A stretch of DNA of 64,000 bases, from assembly GCA_026387265.1 (NCBI GenBank), contig JAPLLZ010000029.1, positions 1,064-65,063 of the forward strand, read 5' to 3'. This DNA is from Candidatus Omnitrophota bacterium. Its GTDB lineage: Bacteria > Omnitrophota > Gorgyraeia > Gygaellales > Profunditerraquicolaceae. Each line of letters begins with the position of its first letter. Position 1 is the first letter of the stretch. The notes below the pieces were generated by a model. The model made no database searches and had not been told where the DNA came from. It saw only the letters and a list, made by a program, of their open reading frames with translations. Both the position numbers and the translations under genes were made by a program. Positions 62,809-64,000 of the stretch are shown piece by piece.

Positions 62809-63479
62809 TTAAAGCCAGGATTTCCGAAGTATTCGATAGCGTACAAGGTGAAGGCCTGTATTTGGGAGAGAAGCAGATTTTTGTGCGTTTTTTTGACTGT
62901 AATCTCAGCTGCATTTATTGTGATACTAAGCTGGACCGGTTTACGGAGTATGAACCAAAAGAGCTTTTTGAAGAAATTAGCCTTTATCGCGATAAGTATC
63001 ATTCTATTTCTTTTACCGGGGGTGAGCCGCTTCTTTATGCGGATTTCTTGAAGGAGATCTTTAAGCTTACTAGTGGGCGTGGCCACCGGCATTATCTGGA
63101 AACAAATGGAACCCTGTTTTTTGAGCTAGAGAAATTAATCGACCATATTGATATTATTGCGATGGACTTGAAATTCCCCAGCTCATCCGGGATGGGTAAT
63201 CTTTGGCAATTACATCGTAAATTTTTAAAAATTGCCTCCAAAAAAGAAGTGTTTCTTAAAGCAATTATCTGTCAGGCGACTTATGAGGAAGATTTAAAAG
63301 AGGCTTTGGCGATAATTAAAGAAATAAGCCCGGCCAGCGTTTTAGTTCTGCAGCCGAATAGCTATGAGAATCAGGCGGTTTTACATGAAAAAATGATGAA
63401 TTTCAAAGAGATTGCTACACAACAGGGGGTTACCACTTGCGTTATCCCCCAGATTCATAAAATAATGGGGTTAAAATGA
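62805..63479 (+). CDS. queE: 7-carboxy-7-deazaguanine synthase (radical SAM)
   Basis: FDSVQGEG, CNLSCIYCDT cluster motif, FTGGEPLL. Confidence 0.85.
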   Translation: MIKARISEVFDSVQGEGLYLGEKQIFVRFFDCNLSCIYCDTKLDRFTEYEPKELFEEISLYRDKYHSISFTGGEPLLYADFLKEIFKLTSGRGHRHYLETNGTLFFELEKLIDHIDIIAMDLKFPSSSGMGNLWQLHRKFLKIASKKEVFLKAIICQATYEEDLKEALAIIKEISPASVLVLQPNSYENQAVLHEKMMNFKEIATQQGVTTCVIPQIHKIMGLK

Positions 63480-63910
63480 AGAATAAACTAATAAAAATGT
63501 CCGCCACAGTGCATGGTGGAAAGAAATCTGATTATGAAGGTTTACAAAATAATGTCAGGAAATTAAAGACACCGGCAATTGAGGTTTGGCAAAATCAATA
63601 TGCGGATAAGGTTTATGTTATTAACTTGGATATTCCGGAGTTTACTTGTATCTGTCCTAAAACCGGTTTACCGGATTTTGCGGTTATCCGAATTGAATAT
63701 TCTCCGCTTAAGTTTTGTGTGGAGCTAAAATCTTTTAAACTTTACACCATATCTTTTCGCAATGTGGGGATTTTTCATGAGCATCTGATTAATAAAATGC
63801 TGGAGGATTTTGTGCGCGCAGTGAAGCCGCGCTGGGTAAAGATTAGTGGTGTTTTTAATCCCCGCGGCGGAATTACTACTACTGTTTCAGCGGAGTATAA
63901 AACTAGATGA
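63476..63910 (+). CDS. queF: NADPH-dependent 7-cyano-7-deazaguanine reductase (unimodular type)
   Basis: Catalytic Cys motif CICPKTGLPDF and ELKSFKLY QueF motif. Confidence 0.9.
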   Translation: MKNKLIKMSATVHGGKKSDYEGLQNNVRKLKTPAIEVWQNQYADKVYVINLDIPEFTCICPKTGLPDFAVIRIEYSPLKFCVELKSFKLYTISFRNVGIFHEHLINKMLEDFVRAVKPRWVKISGVFNPRGGITTTVSAEYKTR

Positions 63911-64000
63911 GAGAACTAAAGGCAGTAAGGATAACCCAGGCAGTAATGGATTTAGTAAAACAGGCTAATTTTTTACTGCGTAAAGATGTTTTATCGGCTT
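63907..64000 (+). CDS. 5' fragment of a CDS, possibly Fe-S type hydro-lyase (class I fumarase / tartrate dehydratase) alpha subunit
   Basis: ATGA overlap with queF; MRELKAVRITQAVMDLVKQANFLLRKDVLSA resembles N-termini of that family; only 31 codons visible. Confidence 0.35.
   Translation, partial: MRELKAVRITQAVMDLVKQANFLLRKDVLSA

Overview
64-kb window from an AT-rich diderm bacterium. It encodes LolCDE, LptFG, MlaDEF and a T2SS/T4P-type pseudopilus operon. Part of the housekeeping gene order is Firmicutes-like: mcsA-mcsB-clpC ... radA-yacL-ispD-ispF-cysE-cysS and tmk-holB-ricT-metG-tatD. The lineage cannot be fixed from sequence alone; it looks like an uncultivated candidate-phylum genome (inference). 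There are about 70 tightly packed CDS, one tRNA-Leu(CAG), one smpB-linked tmRNA and a complete queD-queC-queE-queF block. One 9-kb minus-strand operon (48.1-57.1 kb) looks accessory: a TMTC-like GT-C/TPR membrane protein, three B12-binding radical SAM enzymes, a SAM methyltransferase, two GT2 glycosyltransferases and DUF2304. I saw no transposase, integrase, phage, CRISPR or recognisable defence genes. The main signal that gene calling does not explain is in the spacers. Most intergenic spacers longer than about 60 bp that I examined are filled by short structured palindromic repeats, which fall into at least six recurring families. Two families also sit in frame inside coding sequences: a 69-bp insertion in queD and an exact 21-bp hairpin in a DUF362 ferredoxin domain. 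Others donate stop codons or C-terminal tails, or abut start codons. Also notable are two single-indel-disrupted genes (gspK-like, comFC), a Maf / M48-lipoprotein read-through fusion, a Ser14 microsatellite in cysS, an unusually long tmRNA tag, and four promoters positioned for leaderless mRNAs. All coordinates were derived by hand from the sequence and ORF track; no database search was possible.
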